Source of the DNA: a virus
Length of the DNA: 64,000 nucleotides
Virus record (IMG/VR): IMGVR_UViG_3300020442_002364
Coordinates: 1-64,000 of that record
Direction: 5' to 3' (one strand)
Of the stretch, positions 20,901-29,469 are shown piece by piece. A program made the position numbers and the translations under genes. Under the pieces are notes generated by a model, which was not told the DNA's origin, ran no database searches, and saw only the letters and a list, made by a program, of their open reading frames with translations. Numbering within the stretch: the stretch's first letter is position 1; each line of letters starts with the position of its first letter.

Positions 20901-21515
20901 AGTATCTGCTGTTGGGAAAAATGTAGTACCGAAAGTAGGACTATTTACATCGGTATCTTCAAAGTTAACTAAGTTTGGAGCACGAAGATTCAGTGCTGGG
21001 TTGACAATAGTGTCAATATCCAGGTTTAAGATTTGTGCAGTATCAGAAATGATAGAACGAGTCGTTCTAATCTGACCTTCAACGTCAAGTTCAAACTCAG
21101 GGTTGGCAGTATTAACACCAACACGAACGTTTTGAGAAGCGTTTTTGTTTACAAAGATAGCTTCTTTTTGGTTAGCTCCAACACCAACCGCCACAGAAAC
21201 ATTGTTATCACCTTGTAGAGTTACTGATCTTCTACGGCGATACGATACTGTGTTACCAGCAACAATAGTGCCACTGGCGGAATCGGTAATTGTAAAATTA
21301 TCATCATCAACTACGGTGATGGTATATACGCCATCCGTAGCTCCACCCGAGGTAAAATCCAGGTAAAGAGAGTCGTTACTGTCGAGTCCATGCGACGGAC
21401 TGATAACATTGACAGTAGTTAATTGTCTGAAGTAAGTGGCGTTAATCCATGCGCCAGTGTTTACTACACCAGAACCTTCGATTCTTTGCTGTTCTGAATT
21501 AAAATTGAGACTCAT
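11943..21515 (-). CDS. Very large tail fibre/virion structural protein (3190 aa)
   Basis: Beta-helix-type start YVSSTIGSDTNDGRS..PVATIKKA...LIGDNLRR; HGL-type beta repeats; helical repeats; ADLLDG fibre motifs; C-terminal AGPITI..GSWSII. Confidence 0.85.
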   Translation of the reverse strand: MSLNFNSEQQRIEGSGVVNTGAWINATYFRQLTTVNVISPSHGLDSNDSLYLDFTSGGATDGVYTITVVDDDNFTITDSASGTIVAGNTVSYRRRRSVTLQGDNNVSVAVGVGANQKEAIFVNKNASQNVRVGVNTANPEFELDVEGQIRTTRSIISDTAQILNLDIDTIVNPALNLRAPNLVNFEDTDVNSPTFGTTFFPTADTPPLSDQSRRIATTDFVYKVATNDTGGRVYVSSTIGSDTNDGRSAARPVATIKKAAQIAYGLQKATPDPTDEYVSIIVSGGEYLEDNPISLPRNCSLIGDNLRRVVVRPINADRHMVKASNETYVNGVVFRDALQNASDPQSEVIHTWNFAFVFDDKQRLYYEPEVRQIPAVPGDQFRGENIFKVTFTNHTGTTATPGVGFYVQGGSSGTQGRVQSVTFTGTGATQAATGFVTILVTSGPTATFNQAESIFYDSASFANIITDINNPSVSLRFEVADTESLRPELETISNQIFQHTVDSERETLQFIPDSTNIPDLLTDRITIPGHRLRTGSAVFYNRDGNTVIPGLIDNTIYYVRAVDSNTIELYDTWENSTTITEVEGRKDITGNSTGYHYLTSGNIMPENNQIFIEKHGLVSGDPLEYRSSSLGDIGGLTNDTRYYAYKYNDNWIALAASAADATNKNASGADDPILIDITSAGKGDHRFDLSNNLVSVATIDCSLTTQQAYNGVLVTSTGSNFHTFEVGQEVNLYGFTSSTIDFGGAASYAYSQTGNAIQVTITSTDASLVGTLWGNLTSLGEAGLKFNFTSGTAVSKTYHIDSFGTGSSHPSLPANTALGVGFGVYDVGSNTVRFTLKAPDSKSTTGSLTISDNIADLNGRKYVTHRIERPDGYSLQFAVRGNYSVFNASLDPTGDQTAISASNYVLASLRNSPYVFTKSEPVSDRFRDGAEAIRANQNHIAEEAYAFVKSHHTSSVTRGTQPVIDSVNYSTILGNTRAGTYSVSGSTCTVTVPLGHAGYALQTYNFTFSGSLGAASYQIADQTDHRTFTITLPNSSNDGETGTVTYLTPLPHITPGSLPYADRYADASSLILANADMIAEMAVERMIAEQSFTVPTGTQNCKDDVVDFLKSLTYNLTYGGNDQVYDAAKYYVDGAHVAGEEDESVIAFNYSRDLAIAAMRNETFASAFTTYNLGGYTQVKDTSITQDIQSPACQDVASTITTLFGVLTTAIGSTGNPGNLNGVTRTYAEGDQQCIDDIIKILKAFQFDLRYNGNSKIVEAANLYISSGAVQFIANEVDFSRTVYAKAKELAVKAIRNDLATGSFSQITPVANGSVTVDSVQPECANVVAALTTNWQILDTTLSTSTAYSGTVTNPDPLITELGSGGYSFPLLSDNLDLPVIEASPYIQNSSLISFLGGSGCEIDGAKVATPNVPRPGLKVDGQGNITAKFDPQGKSMVASAFTIISFGGTAYNITNDGYTQLVSVFAIFCQDGIVCQSGGYASVTNSASNFGTFALRATGFRAEPYAFDIGTVQSVTNEVDGNGVATGRQTLRIGGTTLTNIPIEDYIVKFDGLTNTNTAIEFIVLETELISGSPGTQIVADITINQSLDLTETSTNTQYSYSIGNLSSGLVNRTIKLHRPSVVNSSSHTWEYSGSGNTYAALPQNGGVGLGTAFEAAEQSFGQVYTSGTNEFGDFKVGNFVTIFNRTGAISFVGTVSISELSSIKIVGGNITITGFSADDNLGGAFASDSILPTQASVKDYISNNLGPYLNQPYSTNAVPSALVQLTASGKINIDQIPALRPFNITSVASTSARLAIEDAEAGDIAIETSTETFNVAPGSINTSNDQITITGHGLTTGSALIYTQGTAAIGGLATGNTYYVYVVDANTIQLAVSEANAQVPTAIDLTTQGTGTQVFTTQGTAVSYILENDLESQFLAFQPNSAFTFNNGDIIVGSSTTARGTVTGYNDGRVFKYNISNGGGGYTGDFSLTISTPDDTVNGVQAAATANVSNGVVTAVTITNFGKGYYTQPTVTPQASPTANNAVIAPEIEGRVDIDIANNIKFDAGDFILDQGLVNEGTGTYSQNNSNVVSITETSHGLANADLVYLDFTSGTAPDGFYTINVINVNEFTIQSVNSTTTSGNVNRKRIIDLTRVINTSASNAANWTQLTSTNIDASNIVAGTIDPERLAARGAANSNTFLRGDSSYEFVIQSLKPETSDAMLISGSITDSSYIDSITISNGGTGFTDGNYQNLPVEGGSNTGGGSITGSDDNVARANYVVSGGVITSATITDSGTGYAADFTVTIPAELGAGTSAVLTANKGTINRVYGNASIDIRKGNDLTPSATIYGNYGVFKFRKDVANQAIGNQSEGGFIVTTNGEVSIDQGPGSKLNADLLHGNSLSYFEDAGNLLNGTLDPARLANTTYNISISGTADTANRVFNDVTALSSNPTPSTSGAGISAALRNNAATGLNDGGSTHGVLTYRREATGNAATQLGFTTNNNLYIRGNSGSGNVYGNWAKMWSSANDGPNLNDPSQPARTGGLNADKLDNYEGLWYQSGYNLGDTRGVGVIGDPFLPEVLGREKIFLENLYVHDTGNKYTLYIPKYHVNSGTNGNINNGGTYTIYSDSNATNNIGSIVVDANGVSEQTGPTGDIYSLVTGSITFVGVNTNANIAIFGPNPGTKWTVTSSNEISSGSSQIFGLTDNPVGAKLQIGKGNVTTTPSIDFRSSGLAANYDVQFFISGGNATNGQGTLRINAADFTFNGNTIWHAGNDGASSQLDAHYVDGYTQNSSNVNNTLVRRTGSGDINISDLYADQGIFSNNGTGALSIGDGNGITFGKVTTNTASIKGKGNGNQGFIRFGNDSNSFGWNGTHLSYNNVYFRNGRIGIGDSNPGSPLEIVSQGASSALFADFRDGRASYGRITFGADGSSSFMTFTDTDNDMGWQLGADDNNESWFVIKGFANASGALTTTFQGAKDSASLAIYSATNRIFMNKGSGVSTSSGSTLTVGGAIETDNRLISTVATGTSPLAVSSTTVCTNLNADLLDGYQALGLPYFGSSVNVWLNDAGGQPRFYFGNNSHTYFRTGDNFYWRSDNDTSMGSVDGNGGTWTFYSGGDQNQTNYRVEVRGQNGLNINTSSVGLSSGQRSVVLRAEGDKQWIDTYGVFKRNRQTIGENITVSSSDNCMTAGPITINNGNTITIANGGSWSII
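11993..12000 (-). promoter_or_regulatory. Late promoter TATAAATA inside the 3' end of the 3190-aa gene
   Basis: Exact consensus ~55 nt upstream of the 284-aa tip gene. Confidence 0.6.
17490..18746 (-). repeat. Two nested helical repeats of the same family in the 3190-aa fibre
   Basis: DRFRDGAEAIRAN.. and DRYADASSLILAN..QNCKDD..GGN; QQCIDD..DLRYNGN. Confidence 0.85.
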
Positions 21516-21527
21516 TTATGTTTACCC

Positions 21528-22058
21528 TTAAGTAACTAGAGTGATATCTAATACACCGATCCACTTAACTGTGGAAGATGTGGTTACAGTTGCAACTTCA
21601 AACGTAAAAAATGGATCTGATCCGATCGTAAATGCGTCTGGAGTAACTGACCAAGACTCTTGTCCTGGTGGATTGTTTCTAAGAATGTTTTCGTGTGATG
21701 CAGACACCACAGGAGAACCAGAAGCAGTATGAATTACAACGTCAAAAGTGCTAGCATGTACGTATTGAGAAGATGTAGTCTCTTGCCCAAACACATGTGC
21801 TCTTACAAAAGCAACACTGTTTTGCCCTAGAGGAATACTATTTGATGCCAGAGGCGTAGTTCCGTCAAGGGACAATTGCATGGTATTATTAGATGCATCA
21901 GTTACTCTTTTTAATAGAAAAGTATCTTTATTGGCATCGGTAAAATTATCACTAGTCATGTGCATAGCAGAAATATTCTTCAGAGCACGCTCCGTAGAGA
22001 GAACTTCTGTAGCCGCTACTGCATAGCCTCCAATAGACGAAAAATTGTTAATCGGCAT
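21528..22058 (-). CDS. Hypothetical structural protein (fibre connector-like)
   Basis: 176-aa beta-rich ORF between two giant fibre genes, downstream of a late promoter. Confidence 0.7.
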   Translation of the reverse strand: MPINNFSSIGGYAVAATEVLSTERALKNISAMHMTSDNFTDANKDTFLLKRVTDASNNTMQLSLDGTTPLASNSIPLGQNSVAFVRAHVFGQETTSSQYVHASTFDVVIHTASGSPVVSASHENILRNNPPGQESWSVTPDAFTIGSDPFFTFEVATVTTSSTVKWIGVLDITLVT

Positions 22059-22078
22059 GACTTTAGATTACCTTAGGT

Positions 22079-22086
22079 TATTTATA
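22079..22086 (-). promoter_or_regulatory. T4-type late promoter TATAAATA
   Basis: Exact consensus overlapping the stop of the 2409-aa gene. Confidence 0.8.
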
Positions 22087-25000
22087 CCTTGACCTTAGTG
22101 GTTGTAAACCTACCAGTGAAGGATGTGGATGATGTTGCGGCAGACGATTTAGCGAGAGCAATTGTAACAATACCACCAATAACGGAGATAGAAACGTCAA
22201 TCAAATCGTTATCGGATGTTACTGAATTAGTGACAGTTGCGTATGCATTTGTACCTGCTGCAGCACATATAGAAGTTACTTCTACCATGTGTACTTTTCC
22301 GTCATCACTTTCAATCGTGATGAGAGATTTTGCTCCTTTGAAATCACTTCTAGTAAACTGAGCAAAGGAAGTTGATGTTGTGAACGATGCTAATTGACCA
22401 CCTTCAACACGGCAGTCATCAAGTTCTACGAAGTCTGCTGTAGAATCGATTACTGTAAGATATGATTCTGTACCTGCTTGCCATCCACGGTTAACTTTAA
22501 ATCCTGCTTCACTGCCATTTGCATCATAGCTAACAAACGGTTTGTTATCCATGAACGTAACAAGATCCTGATTCAGGACTTCTTGCTTGGTGAATGCGGC
22601 AGTTGCTCCACTAATAGTGTCAACTTCAAATGTGACATCATTATCAGGTGTAAGTCCACCTAGGAGGGTACCAGAAATAGTGATTACTTCATTAGCAGCG
22701 TATAATGTACCACCACTGTTGATAGTGATTGTTGATACATTTCCAGATCCATCGATCGTAACATCGAAAGTTGCTCCAGAACCATCAATTTGAGCACTAG
22801 AAGCGAGGTTTGTGAAACTACTATTTGGAGTATATGCTCCGTTTGTTGCTGTAATCGTAGCAGAATCAATAGTAGCAATTACACCTTGAGGAGGTACAGC
22901 TCGGAGTCTTAAACCTCCACTAATTTCAAGATCTCTCTTTGTTCTAATGGAAACAATTGCAGATCCTCTTGAGAGGAATTCAAAAGTATTTCCTGTTGTT
23001 GATGCACTATCAAAGACAGTAACAGATGGATAATCAAATTTGAATGAAGCTGCGTCCATTCTGACTCCCGTCATATTACTGCGGAAAGTCATCAAAGTAT
23101 TATTTAAACTGAGGTTATTGATACCTGCAGCATAGAATTCAAAAGTATCTTCATCCTGACCTGGAGCAGACTCAGTAAGAATGTAAGTATCCTGATCAAC
23201 GTCACGAACACCACCCAGAGAAACAAAGTCGGATCCGTTATAACCCTCAAATTGTAATTGAGTAGTATTGAAGCGAACCATACCAGTCAGTCTGTTCGCT
23301 GTCAATGGTCTCTGGTTTGTTGTTCCAGAAGGAATAACCAAAGCACTATTAGTATCGATTCTTACATCCTTTCCATTTTGAGGTTTGATATCAATACCAG
23401 CACCTTGAATGGCAGTAATCGTAAGAGTTTTTCCACTTCCACTTCCGATATTAGATGTATCCAGAACGATAGTATCACCAGACCTGTAATTAAATCCAAG
23501 ATATCCTGTAGAAGGAGTGATCGCAGTGATATCTCCACCAGCGATGGTAACATCAAACTCAGCATCAGTTCCATTTCCAGTTGTAGATGATACTGCTACT
23601 CTTGTATAAGATCCATCAGTATATCCAGTCGCAGTTCCAGTTGCACTTACGGTCTTGACTTGACCGAAGGAAAGAGTTGAAGTTAAACTACTGTTACTAA
23701 TAGTGTTATCTACAAGTTTCAGATTCTTACTTGCCTCAACAAATCCTTCAGATGAAAGATCACCTGTATTAGGTACTATGTTAAGAGTTTCTGAGGTTCC
23801 ATCTGTAACTTGGATGAGATTATTTACATCTCCAGTGCCTTTAAGGATAAGATTTCCTTGTCCTTTTGGAGCAACACTAATATCTACATTGGCGTCAGTG
23901 CCAATTGCAGTGATGGAATTATCATTTCCAATTCTAAGTTGAGTTGCTGCAGCACCAATATCAATTTGTTCGTTGACTGCATCAATCTTGAAGAATGGTA
24001 CAGTTTCTGTTAGGTTTTGATCTACTACAAAATCAGTAGAGAGGTCAAATCCAGTTGCGCTAATACTTCCACGTTGCGTTCCAGAGATAGTCAGACCAAT
24101 ATCATCAGCACCAGCGGCGTATAAACCAGTCGTTAAACTATTCTGCAGTGTGAATGAAGGAGTGGTTGCGGATCCATCTTGAATCTGAAGTTGACCATTA
24201 GTGATCGTGTTTACAGAACCATTAGCAGTTAAGTCTCCAGTTAATACAGATGTACCACCAACAGTCAGGTTGGTTCCAACTTGGACAGTTGCAGTGCTTT
24301 GAATATCTGGAGATTGTAATAATCCAGCAGAAGAAATAGAAGCACCATTACTAAAACTTACAGCTCCAGTCTCAGCAATGTTGAAATTAGTGCTAGTGAG
24401 TGAACCGTTAGGACTGTATTGGAATACTTCGGTTTCATTTACACTACCAACTGCAATCGCTAAATTGGATCCACTTCCCATTGGACTTGTATCCAATGAA
24501 AGAACATCACCGACGCTAAAGTTAAATCCTGCTGTTGATGGTGTTACAGTGTTAATAAATCCTGCTTTGGTGATTGTAAATACAAATCCACCACCGTTAC
24601 CTACACTATCAATCGTAGCATCATCGACGCCAACGGTATCGTTTACTGCGTATCCAGATCCAGATGGAGAAATTAAAGTTACAGAACTAATTGAGGTGTC
24701 GTTTGTAGTGATACTATATGCAAATCCAGATCCACTACCAGCACCAAGATAAGTATTATCCGTAGATAAAGTATCACCTACCTTATAATCATCGCCTTGT
24801 GTTGTAATTCCAAACGAAGTAATCGTGCCATTTGCAGCAACCGTAACATCAGCAAGAGCTCCAGATCCAAACTCACCAACAGATCCAGCAGAAACTGTTA
24901 ACTCTCCACCTCTTCCCATACCAGCACCATGCGTGGTGCATACGTAAGTAATAGGACCAGTAGCAGCAGATTTTACAACAACCTCAGCAAAAGCACCAGC

Positions 25001-28000
25001 GGTACCAGCAGTTCCCCAGTTTTGAACTACATACTCACCAAAAGTATATGTTCCTAAAGTCCATGGGTGACCAGTGTTAGAAGCATCTGATTGGTCAAAT
25101 CGATATGTGTTACTAGTATTTAAGTTGATGGATGGAGTTTCTTGTCCGTTGATTGCGTATCTATCTTGGTTTTGCGACCATGCAAATACCGTACCACTTC
25201 CACCACCACTAGCAGTTGCAGTATCGCTAACAGTAAACTGAGAAGAACCAGTATTCAGATAAACGTAAGTATCGTTACCATCAGTAAACACGAAAGTTAC
25301 TGTACCCGATCCACCAGAAGGATCTGTGATGGTATTACCTACAGCGATAGTTCCAGTAACACCTGTCAGTTGTACTAAATCTCTCTGGATAACAGTTACC
25401 GCATATGTGGCGGATGGACTATTATTAAAGAGTTGTACGTTAGTATAAGATGCAGGAGTGTAACCACTACCAGCATTAGTGATGTTACCACTAAGACCTA
25501 AAATTGTGAAAGATGCACTTGCTCCAGTTCCAGAACCAGTAATAGTTCTAAAATTAGTTTGATATACTCCTGGAGCGTATCCAGTACCACCATTAGTAAT
25601 CGTTCCCTGTAATGGAAGAACTTCAACGTTTAATTCTGCTCCGAAACCATTACCGCCAAGGATGCTTACTGTTGGTACTGAGGTATAACCACCACCAGGA
25701 AGATTGAGAGTTACTGAAGAAACTTCTCCAGTTAATTTATTAATAACTGCAGTAGCTTCTGCATCTTGGTTTGTATCTGGACTTCCACCGATAAAAGCAA
25801 TCGTAGGAATTACAGCATATCCCTTACCTACAGTGTTAAGAGTTACTGAATTAATTCCGAAACCGACAACAGCATTAACAACACCACCGCTACCAGTAGT
25901 ATCTGTCCCATCAGGAGTAACTGTAACTGATGGAGCACTGGAATATCCGCTTCCTTGACCATTCAGGGTTACTGTAGAAATTGGAGAACCACCAATAACA
26001 GTCAAACTTGCAGGTGTGCTTGGAGATCCACCATTGATAGTCACGGATGGTGTAGTGCTATAACCAACACCTCTAGATGCGATACTGATGGCACTAATAG
26101 CACCAGAAGTTAAAGTTACTGTTGCAACTGGAACTGCTCCAGTTAAAGTATGGAATTGACCTTGAGTTCCAGTTCCAACACTAATCGCAGACCCGCCACT
26201 GGTAGCAGAGAGTTTAAATCCAGCATCATTGGATTCTACGACGTAATAAGTGTTGCCGTCGGTAAGACCAGTAAGGGTAGTGTTTCCACCATTTCCATAA
26301 ACAACAGCATCACCATCAATGAAAGGATGACTTTGTTGTGCAAAAAGACCTGCAACTGGAAGTGCTCCATCAAAAGAAAATACTGGAGCAGTTCCAAAAT
26401 CTAAAGTTGGTGTAGATCCATAACCAGCACCACCATCAGTAATATCGATTCTTGATAATTTTACAGAACTCGTATTAAGTGAAACTGTTGCTGTTGGAAG
26501 AGTTCCACCTGTTTCTTGAGGAGCACTGAAAACTAAAGTTGGTGCAATTGAATATAAAGATCCTCTACTTGTAAGGGTCAATCCACCGTCAAGTTTAACG
26601 GTACCATACGTAGTTAAAGTTGCAGTTGCAGTTGCTAAAGTGTATGGATCAGATCCTACGTTAGTAAAACTAAAAGTTCCAGCGTCGTAACCACTTCCTT
26701 CATTTGTGATATTGACTGTTGCAATCTCAGTCTTAAAGGTTAAGAGTTCTCTGTTTGTATAAAGACCTGCTGCAGTAAATCCGTGGCGTCTCTTTCTATC
26801 AACCTCAAATGCAATACTACCCTCAGCATCTCCATTAAAAGATGACTTTTTAGATGCGTCAAAATAGAGATTTTCTTCTGCTCTAAGTTCAGAACGAAGA
26901 ATGATATCCTGTTGACTTGAAGGGTCAATGATGATATCACCAGAGGTAGAACTTATGGTGTTTCCAGAAAGTCTAAGATTTCCCGTTTCAATAAAAGCTG
27001 GGAAAATTGTTGTGGTACCAGTAGCATCACTTAAGGTGATGTTTGCTGCCTGCTGAGCTGTGCTAGTTGCCTGGAATGAAACGTTACCTGTTTCCTGATC
27101 TACGACAAATGCATCACCAACACGGAAATCTCCCTTCTCGTTAGTTGCAGAATAGAAGATACGACCACCATTCAGTTCGCTAACCTCATTCGCAGGAACA
27201 GCGAGATCTGGGTCGTTTGTAAAGTCTGCGTTTGCTCCGATATATGCAAAGTTATGTGCCGTGAGAAGCAGTTTTACGCCTGCTCCATCGGCAATTGCAC
27301 CCTTATTACCATAAATGTTAGCAGAAGAGATTGAACGCAGTTCAGCGCCAAACTGAGCGTAGTCTGCAGTCAGTAAGGATGTTGCAGAATCTCCACCGTC
27401 AGAACGAATATCTTTTACGCCTTTTCCGCTATCTGAAATAACAGTTGCTCCATCAGTCCCATCGAAATGGAGTAAGAGGACTGTGAACAAATCTGTTGTA
27501 AATGCTGCTGCTGGTGGGGTAAAGTTTCCTGTATATCTTGCAGAATTTTTAGATACACGGACCTCATCAGTGTGACCACCAAATTCATTCGCTCCTACAT
27601 AGTCTCCACCGAGAACCAATGGTTTGGTTACACCATAATCATTATTATCTGTATATGTACCAAGTGAAGTTCCATTTAGGAACAATCTAGTTGTGCCACC
27701 CGAACGAGCAACAGCAACGTGATACCAAGTATTAGAAGAAAGAGTGCCTCCACTAATTTGTGATGTATTTCCTACTCCATAATGTAAGGTAGTTCCATCC
27801 AAATACAATACTGGAGCAGTATCAGTTGCGGATGCATTTCTGAAGTCGATGAATGTTTGTACACCCGATACTGCTGCAGGTCTAATGAAACATTCAACCG
27901 CAAAATTCGTAGTACCAAATCCAAAGTCGCTATCACTTGGAAATACTACATGGTCATCAACACCGTCAGTGAGGAGAGATGCTGTTCCAAACTTAAATTG

Positions 28001-29311
28001 TGCTGTATCTACCTGAGCGTCACCAGCAATGACTCCATTTTTACCAGTTGGAACTCCAGTGGTAAATTCTCCAATTCCTTTTCCATTGATGAATACATAT
28101 GTACCATCATTGGACGCAACGGTTCCATATGCGTCTGCTTTCTTATATGTGATGTTACCGCTGGTTGTTCCAGATGAAGTATCAGTAACTTCAAATGTAT
28201 TTGTTGCTACGTTAGCAACAGTGTAATATCCATCAGTTCCATTACCACTAGTGTAATCTGCATAGACTACATCACCATTAGATAATCCGTGAGCAGCTCT
28301 AGTTGCAGTTACGGTTGATCCACTTCTGCTATATGTTCCAGATTTAAATCCATCCTCTAACTGATAGATAACCTCTGAAGGAGCAAAAGTTCCAGATACA
28401 CCAGATAACTTAAGACGTGTTTGACCTGCTCCAGCACGTCCAGTAGCACCCTGAACACCCTTAATACCTTCAGCAGCGAAGTATACAAAAGAGTTTAACC
28501 ACTCAACGCGAACACCATTGGTAACAAGTAGACCAACGGAATTTGGAACAATAAAGGTTACTTCATTAAAAAGAACCGCAGATTCAATTGTAGTTGAAGC
28601 GAATACTGCTCCATCGAGTTTAGCGCCTCTACCAGCATCTCCTTGTCCATATCCATATGGATCTGTGCTAGAAGTTACACTTCCTTTTGTTAATACAGTT
28701 ACTCTCTCAATATAAGGACTTCTTTCTGAATTATTAGATGCTGCACATACAAAACCGTAACCAGTATCGTTACCAGAATTGTAGAAGAAGTCTTTTACAG
28801 TAAGATCGGAGACATGACTATCCCCTTCTAATACAAATGCGTTAAGATCGTTAGTCCCTGTTGTTGGATAGATTTGAGTTGATCTTAAGTTAGCACCACG
28901 TACAGTTACCCCGTCAGGAACCGTTAGTGGGAAAATTTCTTGATATAATCCAGCTTCAATATAAACAGTATCTCCCGATGTAGCTTGAGAGAGAGCGTAT
29001 GCAACTGTTCTAAATGGAGTCTGCTTAGTCTTACCGTTAGCATTACCATTTGCCAAACTTAAAACGTCACTACCATTGGCAGCAACGTGCAAAGAACTTC
29101 CAACCCCGTTCGTAATTCCGCTTGACAACATATTAGTTGTCACTGTTGCTGGATTTGGAACAGTGTTAGCAACCTCGGTAATGCTACCTGAGTTGTTTAC
29201 ATATAATTTTTTGTCAGCAATATTAAGAGCAACTTCGCCGTCAGCTAAATTCGCCGTCGTCGGAGTCGCTAGTGGTGTTGTTGACCTTTTGAGTTTGATC
29301 TGGGTTGCCAT
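22082..29311 (-). CDS. Large tail fibre/virion structural protein (2409 aa) with beta-helix, LamG and cupredoxin-like domains
   Basis: N-terminal IKLKRS..P..LADGEVALN (T4 long-fibre-like start); LamG NFAVECFIRP..WYHVAVAR; GSGY repeats; GHPW...YVCTTHGAGMG. Confidence 0.85.
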   Translation of the reverse strand: MATQIKLKRSTTPLATPTTANLADGEVALNIADKKLYVNNSGSITEVANTVPNPATVTTNMLSSGITNGVGSSLHVAANGSDVLSLANGNANGKTKQTPFRTVAYALSQATSGDTVYIEAGLYQEIFPLTVPDGVTVRGANLRSTQIYPTTGTNDLNAFVLEGDSHVSDLTVKDFFYNSGNDTGYGFVCAASNNSERSPYIERVTVLTKGSVTSSTDPYGYGQGDAGRGAKLDGAVFASTTIESAVLFNEVTFIVPNSVGLLVTNGVRVEWLNSFVYFAAEGIKGVQGATGRAGAGQTRLKLSGVSGTFAPSEVIYQLEDGFKSGTYSRSGSTVTATRAAHGLSNGDVVYADYTSGNGTDGYYTVANVATNTFEVTDTSSGTTSGNITYKKADAYGTVASNDGTYVFINGKGIGEFTTGVPTGKNGVIAGDAQVDTAQFKFGTASLLTDGVDDHVVFPSDSDFGFGTTNFAVECFIRPAAVSGVQTFIDFRNASATDTAPVLYLDGTTLHYGVGNTSQISGGTLSSNTWYHVAVARSGGTTRLFLNGTSLGTYTDNNDYGVTKPLVLGGDYVGANEFGGHTDEVRVSKNSARYTGNFTPPAAAFTTDLFTVLLLHFDGTDGATVISDSGKGVKDIRSDGGDSATSLLTADYAQFGAELRSISSANIYGNKGAIADGAGVKLLLTAHNFAYIGANADFTNDPDLAVPANEVSELNGGRIFYSATNEKGDFRVGDAFVVDQETGNVSFQATSTAQQAANITLSDATGTTTIFPAFIETGNLRLSGNTISSTSGDIIIDPSSQQDIILRSELRAEENLYFDASKKSSFNGDAEGSIAFEVDRKRRHGFTAAGLYTNRELLTFKTEIATVNITNEGSGYDAGTFSFTNVGSDPYTLATATATLTTYGTVKLDGGLTLTSRGSLYSIAPTLVFSAPQETGGTLPTATVSLNTSSVKLSRIDITDGGAGYGSTPTLDFGTAPVFSFDGALPVAGLFAQQSHPFIDGDAVVYGNGGNTTLTGLTDGNTYYVVESNDAGFKLSATSGGSAISVGTGTQGQFHTLTGAVPVATVTLTSGAISAISIASRGVGYSTTPSVTINGGSPSTPASLTVIGGSPISTVTLNGQGSGYSSAPSVTVTPDGTDTTGSGGVVNAVVGFGINSVTLNTVGKGYAVIPTIAFIGGSPDTNQDAEATAVINKLTGEVSSVTLNLPGGGYTSVPTVSILGGNGFGAELNVEVLPLQGTITNGGTGYAPGVYQTNFRTITGSGTGASASFTILGLSGNITNAGSGYTPASYTNVQLFNNSPSATYAVTVIQRDLVQLTGVTGTIAVGNTITDPSGGSGTVTFVFTDGNDTYVYLNTGSSQFTVSDTATASGGGSGTVFAWSQNQDRYAINGQETPSINLNTSNTYRFDQSDASNTGHPWTLGTYTFGEYVVQNWGTAGTAGAFAEVVVKSAATGPITYVCTTHGAGMGRGGELTVSAGSVGEFGSGALADVTVAANGTITSFGITTQGDDYKVGDTLSTDNTYLGAGSGSGFAYSITTNDTSISSVTLISPSGSGYAVNDTVGVDDATIDSVGNGGGFVFTITKAGFINTVTPSTAGFNFSVGDVLSLDTSPMGSGSNLAIAVGSVNETEVFQYSPNGSLTSTNFNIAETGAVSFSNGASISSAGLLQSPDIQSTATVQVGTNLTVGGTSVLTGDLTANGSVNTITNGQLQIQDGSATTPSFTLQNSLTTGLYAAGADDIGLTISGTQRGSISATGFDLSTDFVVDQNLTETVPFFKIDAVNEQIDIGAAATQLRIGNDNSITAIGTDANVDISVAPKGQGNLILKGTGDVNNLIQVTDGTSETLNIVPNTGDLSSEGFVEASKNLKLVDNTISNSSLTSTLSFGQVKTVSATGTATGYTDGSYTRVAVSSTTGNGTDAEFDVTIAGGDITAITPSTGYLGFNYRSGDTIVLDTSNIGSGSGKTLTITAIQGAGIDIKPQNGKDVRIDTNSALVIPSGTTNQRPLTANRLTGMVRFNTTQLQFEGYNGSDFVSLGGVRDVDQDTYILTESAPGQDEDTFEFYAAGINNLSLNNTLMTFRSNMTGVRMDAASFKFDYPSVTVFDSASTTGNTFEFLSRGSAIVSIRTKRDLEISGGLRLRAVPPQGVIATIDSATITATNGAYTPNSSFTNLASSAQIDGSGATFDVTIDGSGNVSTITINSGGTLYAANEVITISGTLLGGLTPDNDVTFEVDTISGATAAFTKQEVLNQDLVTFMDNKPFVSYDANGSEAGFKVNRGWQAGTESYLTVIDSTADFVELDDCRVEGGQLASFTTSTSFAQFTRSDFKGAKSLITIESDDGKVHMVEVTSICAAAGTNAYATVTNSVTSDNDLIDVSISVIGGIVTIALAKSSAATSSTSFTGRFTTTKVKV

Positions 29312-29459
29312 CTATACCATTCTCAGTAGACTGGGATTCTTTATTGATACTATTTAACTGACTTTGCAAATCAGAAATTTGCGCCTCCAGCATCACATTT
29401 GTCAAAGTCAAGTCAGAAATTTTCTTTTGTAATGTAGCAATAACAATTTGTACGTTCAT
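29241..29459 (-). CDS. Small coiled-coil protein
   Basis: IVIATLQKKISDLTLTNVMLEAQISDL heptads; lies between fibre genes. Confidence 0.65.
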   Translation of the reverse strand: MNVQIVIATLQKKISDLTLTNVMLEAQISDLQSQLNSINKESQSTENGIDGNPDQTQKVNNTTSDSDDGEFS

Positions 29460-29469
29460 AACTTAGTCG

